A DNA stretch of 64,000 bases. Source: an uncultured Bacillales bacterium. Its GTDB lineage: Bacteria; Bacillota_I; Bacilli_A; RF39; UBA660. Under the pieces are notes generated by a model. That model was not told the DNA's origin. It searched no databases and worked only from the letters and a program-made list of their open reading frames with translations. The stretch is taken from positions 44,212 to 108,211 of the forward strand of contig CANOYR010000002.1 in the NCBI GenBank assembly GCA_947571655.1, given 5' to 3'. A program made the position numbers and the translations under genes. Below are positions 21,546 through 31,256 of this stretch, piece after piece; positions within the stretch are counted from its first letter, which is position 1, and the number at the start of each line of letters is the position of its first letter.

Positions 21546-22552
21546 TTTTCTTCACTTCCCTTTAGATTAAATATAACTGCTCCTATAATCATTAAAAAAT
21601 AATATGAAATAAATCTCCAAATTAGAAGTGAAGCTTTTAATATACCTCCTTTAATGAATGAACCAAAGAATCTTAAATAGCCATATTCAATTCCACCAGA
21701 AGCACCTGGAATAGGTACAAAGGAACCAATAATTAATATGTATGCAGAAGAACAAATCGCATTGATTGGGGTTACAGGATTTTTAAAACCAAGCAGTGAA
21801 GCAAATACGAAGAATGGCGTTAAGTAGTTTAATGTTAGATAAATGAAGTTATAAAGGTAAGATTGTAGACACAGTTTTTTGTGTTTTTTTAAATAACTTG
21901 TTCCCTCATGGAAATCATCAATTCTCTCACTCCATTCTGCTTGCTTTTTTTCTTTGTTTTTGACGATTTTTAATTTTGCCAAAAGAGCAATTGTTTTATC
22001 AATAATGATGTGATTCAATTTACTACTAAAACTGATGATAATTAATCCTATCATAACTAGCGTATTTATCAAAAAACCAATGACTATTAAATTTTTCAAT
22101 AGTTTTACCTCTGCAAATAGATTCCATTTCCAGTTGACAAATAAGGCAACAACTCCATAGGTAACTAAGGCTGCCTGATAAAGAATAAAGTTTTGCATAA
22201 TAATATTGGTCGCCTTTGTTAAACGAAATCCTTCTTTTTTTAATAGATAGATTTGCATTGGTTGACCACCTGTTGAAAATGGAGTAATTCCATTAAAAAA
22301 TTTGGTTATAAATTGCATTTTTAGGGCACTTTTATAGGAATAGTTATCTATATAACTATCAACTACCTTTTTATATGCCAAAGCTTCAAACATTAACGCT
22401 ACAATTTGACAAATAAAAGCGAAACTTATAATTAGAATATTCGCTTTTAATAAAGCTTCTACAATTGCACTAAAGTCATCTTTTAAGACAAATGCAACAA
22501 TTAATATTGTTATCATTAATAAAATCATACTGTTTTTCTTTATGCTTTTCAT
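21536..22552 (-). CDS. UPF0104 / lysylphosphatidylglycerol-synthase-TM-like integral membrane protein (flippase-like)
   Basis: ~8 TM helices; overlaps the GT4 gene start, suggesting a coupled glycolipid synthesis and translocation pair. Confidence 0.55.
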   Translation of the reverse strand: MKSIKKNSMILLMITILIVAFVLKDDFSAIVEALLKANILIISFAFICQIVALMFEALAYKKVVDSYIDNYSYKSALKMQFITKFFNGITPFSTGGQPMQIYLLKKEGFRLTKATNIIMQNFILYQAALVTYGVVALFVNWKWNLFAEVKLLKNLIVIGFLINTLVMIGLIIISFSSKLNHIIIDKTIALLAKLKIVKNKEKKQAEWSERIDDFHEGTSYLKKHKKLCLQSYLYNFIYLTLNYLTPFFVFASLLGFKNPVTPINAICSSAYILIIGSFVPIPGASGGIEYGYLRFFGSFIKGGILKASLLIWRFISYYFLMIIGAVIFNLKGSEEKCE

Positions 22553-22567
22553 AGTTTACTCCCTCAA

Positions 22568-23749
22568 TTATTTTTCATCAATTACTTGTAGTCCTGGCAA
22601 TTCTTTTCCTTCTAAGTATTCAAGCGTTGCGCCTCCACCTGTAGAAGCATGGCTTACTTTTTCTTTATATCCTAGTTTTTTAGATGCTGCAACAATATCT
22701 CCCCCACCTAGAATTGTTTCTATTTTATGATCCGTTAAATACTTTAAAATCTGTTCTGTTCCAATACTATATTTTAGAATTTCATACATCCCAAGTGGTC
22801 CATTCCATACCACTGTTTTGGCATTTGTTAAATGTTTTATAAATAAATCTATCGTTTCAATTCCAATATCTAATCCCATTTCATTCGAATGAAGTTCATT
22901 TATTTTTGCATTTCTACTAGAACTTTGTTCTTTTGTATCAATTGATGCTTTTACATCCACTGGAAGAATTATTTTTTCCTGATAATTTGCCAAAATTTCT
23001 TTACAGAAGTCTATATTTTCAGTATCTAAAAGGGATGATCCAATATTATATCCTAGCGCTTTTAAAAAAGTAAAAGCCATTCCTCCACCAATGATCATTT
23101 TATCTGCTTTTTCTATTAAGTTTTTAATAACTCCTATTTTATCTGAAACTTTAGATCCTCCTAAAATTACAATATAGGGTCTTTTAGGATTTTCTAATTT
23201 ACTTAGTGCATCGATTTCTTTTTCTACTAAGAAGCCAATGGCATTCGGTAATCTACTTCCAATTCCTACATTAGAAGCATGGGCTCTATGAATGGTTCCA
23301 AATGCATCATTGATAAAAACTTCTCCTAAACTTGCCCAATAAGAAGCAAGCTCTGAATCATTGGAGCTTTCTTTTTTCCCCTCTAAATCTTCAAATCTTG
23401 TATTTTCTAGTAGAATGATTTCTCCTTCTTTCATGTTGTTAATGATTTCTTTTAATTTTTCACTTCTAGTACGATTGATAAACTTAATTGGAAGTCTTAG
23501 TAAATCCCCTAAGTGGATAGCAACTGGAGTTAAACTATTTTTTTCAAGATCATTCTTTTCTTTGATTCTTCCTAAGTGGGACATTAAAATTACTTTTGCT
23601 CTTTGTCCTACTGCATAACGAATGGTATCTAGGCTCTCTACTATTCTGGTATCATCTAGAATTTTCCCATCTTTCATGGGTACATTAAAATCGCAGCGAA
23701 TAATGACATGTTTCCCTGTTAAATTTAAATCCATCATCGTTTTTTTCAT
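22568..23749 (-). CDS. pgk: phosphoglycerate kinase
   Basis: 393 aa, canonical PGK. Confidence 0.9.
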   Translation of the reverse strand: MKKTMMDLNLTGKHVIIRCDFNVPMKDGKILDDTRIVESLDTIRYAVGQRAKVILMSHLGRIKEKNDLEKNSLTPVAIHLGDLLRLPIKFINRTRSEKLKEIINNMKEGEIILLENTRFEDLEGKKESSNDSELASYWASLGEVFINDAFGTIHRAHASNVGIGSRLPNAIGFLVEKEIDALSKLENPKRPYIVILGGSKVSDKIGVIKNLIEKADKMIIGGGMAFTFLKALGYNIGSSLLDTENIDFCKEILANYQEKIILPVDVKASIDTKEQSSSRNAKINELHSNEMGLDIGIETIDLFIKHLTNAKTVVWNGPLGMYEILKYSIGTEQILKYLTDHKIETILGGGDIVAASKKLGYKEKVSHASTGGGATLEYLEGKELPGLQVIDEK

Positions 23750-23897
23750 ATATCATCTCTCCATTTGCTTTTATATTTCTAATTTGATTTTTATTATTCT
23801 TATACATTCATGTTTAGTATACCATACTTTCTAGTCTTTGACACATGTTTCCTACTTATTTTCCTTACAATTTTGTCATATTTCAAAAACAGAAGTC

Positions 23898-23926
23898 TTG
23901 ACTTGTGTATATATTACACATATAAT
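23898..23926 (+). promoter_or_regulatory. promoter TTGACT-17-TATAAT for the NUDIX regulator gene, with a perfect 17-bp palindrome TGTGTATATATTACACA as spacer (candidate operator)
   Basis: Read directly; the palindrome occupies exactly the -35/-10 spacer. Confidence 0.5.
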
Positions 23927-23943
23927 GATGATATGGTGATATT

Positions 23944-24603
23944 ATGGAAACCAAAAATCCAAAATACAGGGGGCAAGGAATTCATGTAATGGCATCAATT
24001 TTTACAGTTGATCATGGGGTTGTAAAAATTCTTTTAGTAAAAAGAAATATGGAACCATTGGATGGAATGTGGTCCTTACCTGGTGGTGCATTATATAATG
24101 ATGAAGATTTAGATGATGGGATGGATAGAGAACTTCTTGAAAAAACAGGTCTTATCATTCCTAATTTAAGACAATGTGGTGTTTTTGGGAAAGCACATCG
24201 AGCTTTCTGTATGCGTATGGTTGCTATTTCCTATTTTGGAGTAATCTCTCAATTTAAAGTAGAACATTTCAATTCTACTTTAAAGAGTTCTAATGCCAGA
24301 TGGTTCTCAATTCACCAAATTCCACCTCTTGCTTATGATCATGAGGAAATTGTTAAAGATGCTTTGGAAAAGTTAAAAGAGGGAATTTTCGAATCCGACA
24401 TTCTTACTAGTCTTTTTTCAGAAAAATTTACACTCCCTGAAATTCAAAGAGTTTATGAATCTATTTTGGGAACGAAATATGATCGTAGAAATTTTAGGAA
24501 AAAGATGCTTTCTTTAGATTTAATTGAAGATACTTTTGAAACAGCAAGATTTGAAGGAAGGAAACCAGCAAAACTTTATCGTTTTCGAAAGGAAAACAAG
24601 TAA
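23944..24603 (+). CDS. NUDIX hydrolase domain fused to C-terminal winged-helix (NrtR-like transcriptional regulator)
   Basis: Nudix fold (LPGGALYNDEDLDDGMDRELLEKTGL) plus a C-terminal RNFRKKMLSLDLIE...GRKPAKLYRF segment resembling the NrtR wHTH. Confidence 0.6.
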   Translation: METKNPKYRGQGIHVMASIFTVDHGVVKILLVKRNMEPLDGMWSLPGGALYNDEDLDDGMDRELLEKTGLIIPNLRQCGVFGKAHRAFCMRMVAISYFGVISQFKVEHFNSTLKSSNARWFSIHQIPPLAYDHEEIVKDALEKLKEGIFESDILTSLFSEKFTLPEIQRVYESILGTKYDRRNFRKKMLSLDLIEDTFETARFEGRKPAKLYRFRKENK

Positions 24604-24628
24604 AATTTTTTAAGGAGAAGTAGTTCAT

Positions 24629-25252
24629 ATGGCAAAATTAATTTATTTTTACAGTGCGATGAAGGGAGGAAAGAGTAGTATTTTAATTTCAATCGCTTAC
24701 AATCTAGAAGAAAATCAACAACGTGTATTGGTTGTAAAACCTAGTATAGATACCAAAGGGGATGATACTATTATTTCTAGAGCTGGTGCTGGCCGAAAGG
24801 TTGATTTTTGTATTGATAAGGAAGAAAGTTTTTTTTCTGATGAAAATTTTTCTAAAATCTTTAATTCAGAGGTCATAATTATTGATGAAGCACAATTTTT
24901 AACTAAAAATCAAGTAGAAGAACTCTGGATTATTTCAAAAAAATTAAATACTCAAGTCATGGGATTTGGTCTTCGCGCTAATTTTAAAGGACAACTTTTT
25001 GAGGGTAGTCAAAGATTTTTTGAACTTGCTGATGAAATTTCTGAGCTTCCTGTAATTCCAAGTTGTAAGTGTGGAAAGAAAGCTTTGTTTAATGCTAGAA
25101 TGGTGAATGGAAAGTACACAATGGCAGGTGAAGAATGTGTTATTGATGGAAGCCAATCAGAAATTACTTATGAGCCACTTTGTGGAGAATGTTATTTATC
25201 AAAAGTTGTTTTACCTGAGAACAAAATGTATTTTAAAAGATTTCATCAATAA
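24629..25252 (+). CDS. tdk: thymidine kinase
   Basis: P-loop GKSS, IIIDEAQF and a C-terminal Cys4 zinc ribbon; 207 aa. Confidence 0.9.
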   Translation: MAKLIYFYSAMKGGKSSILISIAYNLEENQQRVLVVKPSIDTKGDDTIISRAGAGRKVDFCIDKEESFFSDENFSKIFNSEVIIIDEAQFLTKNQVEELWIISKKLNTQVMGFGLRANFKGQLFEGSQRFFELADEISELPVIPSCKCGKKALFNARMVNGKYTMAGEECVIDGSQSEITYEPLCGECYLSKVVLPENKMYFKRFHQ

Positions 25253-25715
25253 TTTATTGAAACTCTATTTATTTATAATTTTATAAATTTCTATTTTATT
25301 TTGTGTCTTTCAATTTAAGTTTCATCATTTACCTTTAAGTCTTAAGTACTGAGGAAAATAAAAAATGATAGATGAAAAACTATGATATAACAATGAATTT
25401 TGTCAATTTTTATGTGAATAAAGTCGTATTCAGCTTGCTTGGGAGTAAGTTATAAAGCGAGTTTTTCGGTACTGAGAAAGTGAATACGAAAAAATCTTAA
25501 TTTGTAGATATTTCTTATTTATATTGAAAACGGTGATTGAGAAAATTAGAAAATATAATGAATTTATCACATGATTTCATGTGTTTGATATGGTGAATGT
25601 GTAGAATTTCTCATTTTATAAAAATATGTCATTCAAAGATTAGTAGAAACTAATCAAGTAGTATGAAATTTATCATGAGTGAACTGGACATTTCGTACGA
25701 CTGATAAATGCAGTT

Positions 25716-25748
25716 AAAAAGAAGAGATTTTTTTATTCTCTTCTTTTT
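25716..25748. terminator. bidirectional rho-independent terminator between convergent tdk and gap
   Basis: AAGAAGAGA-TTTTTTTAT-TCTCTTCTT perfect 9-bp stem flanked by A/T runs. Confidence 0.7.
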
Positions 25749-26754
25749 ATATGAATTCCATTAGTTTTTTAGCTGTACGAACCAATTGACTCGTATAGGA
25801 ATTTTCGTTATCATACCAAGCAACTACCTGAACTAATGTCTTCCCATTTCCAATTGATATGCTCTTTGTTTGGGTGGCATCAAAGATAGAACCATGTGTA
25901 TCACCAATAATATCACTAGATACAATTGGATCTGTTGTATAACCGTAAGATTCTGAAACGAATTCTTTCATCTTGTCATTAATTTCTTCTTTGGTCATTT
26001 CTCCTTCTACTACTGCATCTAATATCGTTAAAGATCCATCTGGTACAGGAACTCTTTGGGCTCCTCCAATTAATTTTCCAGATAGTTCTGGAATGACTAA
26101 TCCGATTGCTTTTGCAGCACCTGTAGAATTTGGAACAATGTTAATTGCTCCTGCACGAGCTCTTCTTAAATCCCCCTTACGATGAGGGCCATCTAAAATC
26201 ATTTGATCTCCCGTATAGGCATGAACCGTTGTCATGATTCCAGAAATAATAGGAGCAAATTTATTTAGTGCATCTGCCATTGGCGCAAGACAATTAGTGG
26301 TACAAGAAGCTGCTGAAATAATTGAATCTTCTTTTGTTAGAGTATTTTCATTTACTCCATATACAATGGTAGGTAAATCAACTCCTGCGGGGGCGGAAAT
26401 AATTACTTTTTTGGCACCTGCCCTAATATGTGCTTCTGACTTTTCTCGTGATGTGAAGAAGCCTGTACATTCTAATACGATTTCTACTCCTAATTCTTTC
26501 CAAGGTAGTTCTTCAGGATTCTGTTTTGCATAAACTGGAATCTCTTTTCCATTCACCTTAATTCCTGTTTCTGTTGGATATACTGTATCTGCTAATTCAT
26601 ACTTTTTTTGTGCTGAATCATATTTTAATAAATGAGCTAACATTTCTGGACTTGTCAAATCATTAATTGCGACAATTTCAAAATCTTTCATTCCAAACAT
26701 TTGACGAAAAGCAAGTCGTCCAATTCGTCCAAATCCGTTAATTGCAACTTTCAT
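25747..26754 (-). CDS. gap: glyceraldehyde-3-phosphate dehydrogenase
   Basis: [16 protein letters not shown]...SCTTNCLAP; start placed at MKVAING with RBS GGAGGAG. The ORF track begins 26 codons upstream. Confidence 0.9.
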   Translation of the reverse strand: MKVAINGFGRIGRLAFRQMFGMKDFEIVAINDLTSPEMLAHLLKYDSAQKKYELADTVYPTETGIKVNGKEIPVYAKQNPEELPWKELGVEIVLECTGFFTSREKSEAHIRAGAKKVIISAPAGVDLPTIVYGVNENTLTKEDSIISAASCTTNCLAPMADALNKFAPIISGIMTTVHAYTGDQMILDGPHRKGDLRRARAGAINIVPNSTGAAKAIGLVIPELSGKLIGGAQRVPVPDGSLTILDAVVEGEMTKEEINDKMKEFVSESYGYTTDPIVSSDIIGDTHGSIFDATQTKSISIGNGKTLVQVVAWYDNENSYTSQLVRTAKKLMEFI

Positions 26755-26865
26755 TTTATCCTCCTCTTTCCTAGTTTCAATATATAGTTTTTGTATTTTA
26801 ATGTCAATATATTCAGAAAAAGTCGCTTTCAAGTTGTCACTTTTTTATATGATACTATTAAAAAA

Positions 26866-26967
26866 TATCCACAATTTTTGTTGAATTGTTTTTTTGATTT
26901 ATTTTTTCAACAATTTCTGTGGATATTTTTAGTTTTAGAAAATCTTTTTCCACTATTTTTGTGGATA
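26866..26967. repeat. array of three ~23-bp repeats, each with an ATATCCACA (DnaA-box-like) core inside an imperfect palindrome CCACA-N5-TGTGG (26869..26883, 26908..26922, 26950..26964), upstream of the gap promoter
   Basis: Units AAAAATATCCACAATTTTTGTTG (+), CTAAAAATATCCACAGAAATTGTTG (-) and TAAATATCCACAAAAATAGTGG (-), spaced 39 and 42 bp. A fourth, perfect copy CCACAGTTTCTGTGG is at 63670..63684. Confidence 0.5.
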
Positions 26968-26968
26968 T

Positions 26969-28621
26969 TTATATTTTAAAGCATCCTCCTCCAATAAATT
27001 CTCTTAAAATTGAATCTTCTGGAATACTCTCAGAAGAAATTGGTAAGAAAATTCTTAGAAAGTTAATTAAGCGTAGTGCCTCATTATAGTAAGGAGAGTC
27101 TGGTGGTACAGAATAAAGTAGCGGTTCTACAAAGGTTTTTAATACTCCCAGTTCATAAATCATGGCAGTGTTATATGTATAATCTGCATCATCTTGATAT
27201 GGGAAAATATATTTTTCTTCTCCTAGTCTTACCTTTTTCCATTTTTCTAAGGTATCTTCTACTGTGTTTCCTCTTGTACGATTATCTCTTACAATTCTAC
27301 GTAATAGGCGATTATCTGTTGTTGATACTCTTGTATGATTATCGATATTTAATTCTGTTAGTGCAGATAGGTAAATAGTAATTTTATCTTCTTTTGGTAC
27401 ATGTTCTAACACTTTTGGATTTAAAGCATGAATTCCCTCAATTAGTAAAATATCGTCATCCTCTAAACACATTTGCTCTTTAAATTCTTTTTTTCCTAAA
27501 ATAAAATTGTAGGTTGGAATTTCTGTTTTTTCTCCTGAAATTAATTTTTGAACTGTTTTTTCAAATAGTTTTAAATCAATCGCTTCTAATCGTTCAAAGT
27601 CTGGTTTTCCATCCTCATCTAATGGGGTTTCTTTTCGATCGACAAAGTAATCATCCATAGAAAGCATTTTAGGATTACATCCTAAGCTCTTTAAACAAAA
27701 AACTAGTTTATTAGTCGTCGTTGTTTTTCCAGTGGAAGATGGTCCTGCAAGTAATACTATTTTTGCAGTATTCTTTTTTAAAACAATAGATTTGGCTAGT
27801 TCTAATAATTTCGCATTTTTTACTAATTCATCAATTCGGATTAACTCTTCAATTTTACTTTCTGATACTTTTTGGTTTAAATCGACTACGTTTTCTAAAT
27901 GAAGAAGTTTCGCCCATTCTCTTGACTCTTTAAATAAATTAAAGACTTTTTCACGATGTTCATAGGGCTTGATTCCATTTTCCATATAAATGGTTGGAAA
28001 TCTTAATACAAAACCATTTCTGTGAAGGTAAGTAAGTTCAAAATGAGATAGACATTTTGTATTAATTGGCATTTGACTGTATAAATAGTTATAAAATGGA
28101 CCTAGTTTGTAAAGATTTACATGAGTAGATGGAATATAGTTCATAATATCTTTTTTTACATAATCTCCAGTATTTTCAAAATAACTCATCGCATCAAATC
28201 TTGTAACTGTAACTTTGCTGATTGGTAGGTCATCTTGAACAATTTTTCTCATTTCTAGTTCTAGTCTTTTTAGAGATTCTTCTGAGATTCTACGAGTTGT
28301 TTCAATATATAAACCTTTGTCAATTGAGTGATTCACTTTCACTTCTATTTGATTTCCAAATAGTTTTTTCGCTGCATAAATTACTAAGTAAATTAATCCA
28401 TTCAGATATACTTTATTCGCACCTGAATCCGTTAAATCTAAAAATTCTACTGTACAATTCTTGTGGATTGTTGTGGTTAGTTCTTCATAGATTCCATCAA
28501 TTTTAGCTAAAATAATTTCATATTTAAAATTGTCTTGATATAGTTTTGACAGTTCTTCTAAGGAAGTTCCATTAGTTACTTCCATAATATTTCCATTCAC
28601 AGTTACTTTTACACTGTTCAT
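26969..28621 (-). CDS. TGS-like N-terminal domain fused to uridine kinase/PRK-family P-loop nucleoside kinase domain
   Basis: N-terminal beta-grasp-like segment, then Walker A LLAGPSSTGKTTT and uridine-kinase-like motifs. Start placed at MNSVKV (alternative: 28660). Confidence 0.6.
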   Translation of the reverse strand: MNSVKVTVNGNIMEVTNGTSLEELSKLYQDNFKYEIILAKIDGIYEELTTTIHKNCTVEFLDLTDSGANKVYLNGLIYLVIYAAKKLFGNQIEVKVNHSIDKGLYIETTRRISEESLKRLELEMRKIVQDDLPISKVTVTRFDAMSYFENTGDYVKKDIMNYIPSTHVNLYKLGPFYNYLYSQMPINTKCLSHFELTYLHRNGFVLRFPTIYMENGIKPYEHREKVFNLFKESREWAKLLHLENVVDLNQKVSESKIEELIRIDELVKNAKLLELAKSIVLKKNTAKIVLLAGPSSTGKTTTTNKLVFCLKSLGCNPKMLSMDDYFVDRKETPLDEDGKPDFERLEAIDLKLFEKTVQKLISGEKTEIPTYNFILGKKEFKEQMCLEDDDILLIEGIHALNPKVLEHVPKEDKITIYLSALTELNIDNHTRVSTTDNRLLRRIVRDNRTRGNTVEDTLEKWKKVRLGEEKYIFPYQDDADYTYNTAMIYELGVLKTFVEPLLYSVPPDSPYYNEALRLINFLRIFLPISSESIPEDSILREFIGGGCFKI

Positions 28622-28763
28622 ATTATCACCCTTATTCTCTTTATTATTTATTAATCCCATTGTATCACAATTTTTCTAATTTATTACAATTTTATCGGAA
28701 TTTGTCTTCTTCTTTTTTGTATGGTCTTTGATTATCCATTGTAAAATAGTATTAGGTGATAAT

Positions 28764-29348
28764 ATGAATTTAGTACCAATGGTAGTAGAAAAGGAGACAA
28801 ATGGGGAGAGAAGTTATGATATTTTTTCTAGACTTTTAAAGAATCGAATTATTCTTTTATCTGGAGAAATCACAGATGATACTGCCAATAGTGTCATCGC
28901 CCAAATTTTATATTTGGATTCTTTAAATCATGATGATATTAGTTTATATATTAATTCTCCTGGGGGATCCGTTACTGCTGGTATGGCAATTTATGATACG
29001 ATGAATTTTGTAGAAAGTGATGTTTCTACAATTTGCTTGGGAATGGCCGCTAGCATGGCTGCCTTTTTATTATCTTCTGGAGAAAAGGGAAAACGATTTA
29101 TTTTACCGAATGGAGAGGTTATGATTCATCAACCTCTCGGAGGCGCACAAGGACAGGCAACAGAAATTAAGATTGCGGCAGAACATATTTTAAAGTTACG
29201 AAAAAGATTAAATGAAATGCTTGCTGAAAATACTAATCAAAAAATTGAGACGATCGAACACGATACAGAACGAGATAATTTTATGGATAGTAAAGAAGCA
29301 TTAGAATATGGACTCGTTGATAAGATTATAGAAAAAAAGATTAAATAG
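28764..29348 (+). CDS. clpP: ATP-dependent Clp protease proteolytic subunit
   Basis: Catalytic triad context ([14 protein letters not shown]); start placed at MNLVPMVV. Confidence 0.9.
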   Translation: MNLVPMVVEKETNGERSYDIFSRLLKNRIILLSGEITDDTANSVIAQILYLDSLNHDDISLYINSPGGSVTAGMAIYDTMNFVESDVSTICLGMAASMAAFLLSSGEKGKRFILPNGEVMIHQPLGGAQGQATEIKIAAEHILKLRKRLNEMLAENTNQKIETIEHDTERDNFMDSKEALEYGLVDKIIEKKIK

Positions 29349-29372
29349 AACTTTTAAATTCTTTTAATCTTT

Positions 29373-30263
29373 TTATTTTGGTAAATTTATTTTCTTTTGA
29401 AAGTCCTCTTTTTTTAATTTCATACGCTCATTAATATCTAGTTCTATGATAGAATCACATATTTTGTATTTGTAAAAGTTAATGATATCATGATAGTTGT
29501 CCTCATCCGTTTTGTGCATTGCTATTTGATATTCTTTTCTTTCATTTGACTTAATATAAATTGGTGGAAGTCCAGCATATTCAAATAATTTATTAGTAAA
29601 TCCTCTTGTTACCCTTCCATTTCCATCAATGAATGGGTGGATTTTGATAATCTTACATTTTAATATGACACAACGGTTAATATACTCAAATAATAGGTTT
29701 ACATCAGTATATTCTTTGACTAATGGTGCCATTTTTAGTAATGTTTGAACCTCTTCATCCAAAACGTTTAGTAGTGGTCGAATCATGGTCCATTCTGCTA
29801 GGTTGGTGCCAGTTCCTGATAAGTAGGCATCACTTTTTCGAAATTCTCCTGCGCATTCCGGAAATTCAGTTAATGAAAATAATTTTTCATGAAGTTCTTT
29901 TAACGTATAAATATTGAACATGTAATCAATATCATCAGAATGAATATATTCATACATTTTTCTTAATCCTTGAATCTCAACATTACTATGGTTTTGATGA
30001 ATATCGACTCTTTCTAATTCACTTTCATTTTTTATATAATGCGTAATAAAAACCTTTTTTAAAGCATTAAAATTTTCTAAATTGAATCCTAATCCATAGT
30101 ATAGACGAATTAAGTTATTGGGAATTTCTGCATCGTTTTCATATAATTTTCCCCTACCTTTTCGATATTTATAACCTAAAAAGGACTCTCTTATTACAAA
30201 TTCTGGATTGATATCAATTTCTTCTAGTGTTCGATAAATCTGTTCTTGTTTGCTTTTTTCCAT
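29373..30263 (-). CDS. Fic/DOC family protein (putative AMPylase)
   Basis: Canonical Fic motif HPFIDGNGRVTR. Confidence 0.75.
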   Translation of the reverse strand: MEKSKQEQIYRTLEEIDINPEFVIRESFLGYKYRKGRGKLYENDAEIPNNLIRLYYGLGFNLENFNALKKVFITHYIKNESELERVDIHQNHSNVEIQGLRKMYEYIHSDDIDYMFNIYTLKELHEKLFSLTEFPECAGEFRKSDAYLSGTGTNLAEWTMIRPLLNVLDEEVQTLLKMAPLVKEYTDVNLLFEYINRCVILKCKIIKIHPFIDGNGRVTRGFTNKLFEYAGLPPIYIKSNERKEYQIAMHKTDEDNYHDIINFYKYKICDSIIELDINERMKLKKEDFQKKINLPK

Positions 30264-30307
30264 AGTTATCCCCCCCTAACTTTTCGCATATTATAACAGA
30301 TTTTTCG

Positions 30308-31252
30308 TTATTTTTCAACATTCATTTCTTTTTTCATTTTTTCAGTAAGATTTTTAATTTTTCGGAAACGATGATTTAATCCTGATTTGGTAATCGGTTT
30401 TCCTGTTTCGTAAGTAATAATTTCACTCAGTTCTAAAAGAGAAGCTTCTGGATATTTTTCACGATAAGAGATTACTTCTTTTGTTTTGTCATCTAATAGT
30501 TCCATTCCCAGATTTTCTTTTAAATATTCGATATCCTCTATCTGTCTGGTGGCAGTTTCTACAATTTTATCTATGTTTGCCTGCTCACAATTATTTAGAC
30601 GATTGGTCATATTTTTATGATCCCTATAGATTCTAATATCTTCATAGTATAAAACAGCATTGGAAGCTTGGATAAGTCTTAAGAAATCTCCAATTTTTTC
30701 TGCTTCTTTGATGTAGACCATATATCCTTTTTCTCTCGCTAATACTTTACTATTTAAGTAGAATTCATTTAAAAGATTTTGAAGAAAGATTGCTTCTTCT
30801 TTTTCATCAATGATCAGCTCTAAGTGATATCTTGAGGTTTTTGGATCATTGATACTTCCTCTTGCTAAGAATACTCCTCTTAAATAGCCTCTTTTATCTT
30901 CCTCTGTATCTATTAGATAGGCTTGTGGTTTTTTTAAATATTCCCCTTCTTCCGAAAGAATCGACAAGTCTCTTAAAACAAAGTCTACTTTTTCATTAAT
31001 CATTATTAGATATAAGTTATTTTTACTAAAGTTATTTCCCTTTCTCGTTTCAAATTCACAGGTAATATCGTAGAGATCTTTTAATAGTTTATAAATTCTT
31101 TTTAAAACTGTAGCATTTTCTGTAATTAAATCAATAGTATCTTCTGTATAATTGCTATTGTTCCTTAAAAATCCAGACAATTCTGCAATACTTTCTGATT
31201 TGGAACTTTGAATTCTTGAAATTTCTTCTTTGATTGTTGTTGTAAATGACAT
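30308..31252 (-). CDS. whiA: DNA-binding sporulation/cell-division regulator WhiA
   Basis: 314 aa, LAGLIDADG-like N-terminal region and C-terminal HTH; conserved yvcK-whiA synteny. Confidence 0.85.
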   Translation of the reverse strand: MSFTTTIKEEISRIQSSKSESIAELSGFLRNNSNYTEDTIDLITENATVLKRIYKLLKDLYDITCEFETRKGNNFSKNNLYLIMINEKVDFVLRDLSILSEEGEYLKKPQAYLIDTEEDKRGYLRGVFLARGSINDPKTSRYHLELIIDEKEEAIFLQNLLNEFYLNSKVLAREKGYMVYIKEAEKIGDFLRLIQASNAVLYYEDIRIYRDHKNMTNRLNNCEQANIDKIVETATRQIEDIEYLKENLGMELLDDKTKEVISYREKYPEASLLELSEIITYETGKPITKSGLNHRFRKIKNLTEKMKKEMNVEK

Positions 31253-31256
31253 TCTA

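Noticed and set aside
26866-26967. Interpretation of the ATATCCACA triplet purely as a secondary DnaA-box cluster
   Set aside because: Each box is embedded in a 15-bp imperfect palindrome (CCACA-N5-TGTGG), and a perfect copy elsewhere acts as a terminator stem. A dimeric transcription-factor operator or hairpin family explains the data at least as well, so DnaA binding is kept only as an alternative.
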